Assembly: GCF_001194135.2 (NCBI RefSeq)
Contig: NC_068983.1
Location: 13,189,678-13,224,778, forward strand
Direction: 5' to 3'
Length of the DNA: 35,101 nt
DNA from: Octopus bimaculoides
Lineage: Eukaryota
In this document: in pieces, positions 34,606 to 35,101 of the stretch
Layout of the letters: each line of letters begins with the position of its first letter
How positions within the stretch are numbered: position 1 is the first letter of the stretch
Position numbers and translations under genes: made by a program
Notes under the pieces: model-generated
What the model was told of the DNA's origin: nothing
What the model saw: only the letters and a program-made list of their open reading frames with translations
Database searches by the model: none

Positions 34606-34739
34606 GCACAACATATAGTGACAATTTACAAAAACAAAAGAAAAGACGAAGACTGGGGGGTAGACAACAAACAGATGAAGCCTTAAGGAAGGAGCATAGA
34701 AGGTGAAAGTCATGGGAAGGAATATAAGAGATGCCACAC

Positions 34740-35005
34740 AGATAGTAGTGGAACCAAGAAAGAAAGGTCAGGCTTGGCCGAACACCGGTCACATGGAAGG
34801 AGAGGGGAGAGGTAGAACTAAAGGGGTTGACGAATTAGGAAGGGACGGGGAAGAGAGAAAAAAGTAATGAGACAGAGTGAGGTAAAGGAAGGGGGAAAGT
34901 GATGAGAACGAAGGGAAGGCCAAGAAATGGGAGAGAGGGTGGGAGCGAGAAAAAGAAAAGTGGACGGAAAGAAGAAAATATAAGAGGGGATAAAGGAAAG
35001 AGTGT
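34740..35005. repeat. Strongly purine-rich (G/A) low-complexity tract
   Basis: Direct inspection. Confidence 0.7.
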
Positions 35006-35101
35006 CTGAATGTTTTGTCGTCGCCTGTTACGTTCTTGTTCCATTTTTGTTTTTTTATATATAAATATAGCCGCGTGCGTATAATTTTGGTCTCATATAT
35101 A

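Noticed and set aside
34258-34737. Minus-strand ORFs faintly reminiscent of a tyrosine-recombinase (Crypton) segment
   Set aside because: Similarity too vague to support by eye; needs an HMM search.

Overview
AT-rich, repeat-dense eukaryotic DNA with ten N-gaps. The SINE types and very high microsatellite density suggest a cephalopod genome, probably Octopus (inference). I found no host gene I can support, so the window is likely intergenic or intronic, and nearly all listed ORFs are artefacts of microsatellites or N-runs. Contents: (i) many tRNA-derived SINEs of at least four types with swapped heads and tails; (ii) decayed R4/Dong-clade LINE coding remnants (minus strand, ~0.7-2.9 kb and ~7.0-7.7 kb) plus two younger 3' fragments inserted in (TAA)n tracts; (iii) a decayed Penelope-like element (RT C-terminus + GIY-YIG, ~24.8-25.9 kb); (iv) several MITE/foldback-like inverted repeats; (v) one perfect 137-bp inverted repeat. 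The most notable object is a 547-bp palindromic insertion (23646-24192) flanked by a 13-bp target-site duplication. Each arm reads tRNA-like Pol III head - (TAA)n - tail containing a minimal hammerhead ribozyme motif, and the minus-strand arm keeps an intact catalytic core. All alignments and translations were done by eye, so boundaries of old elements are approximate.
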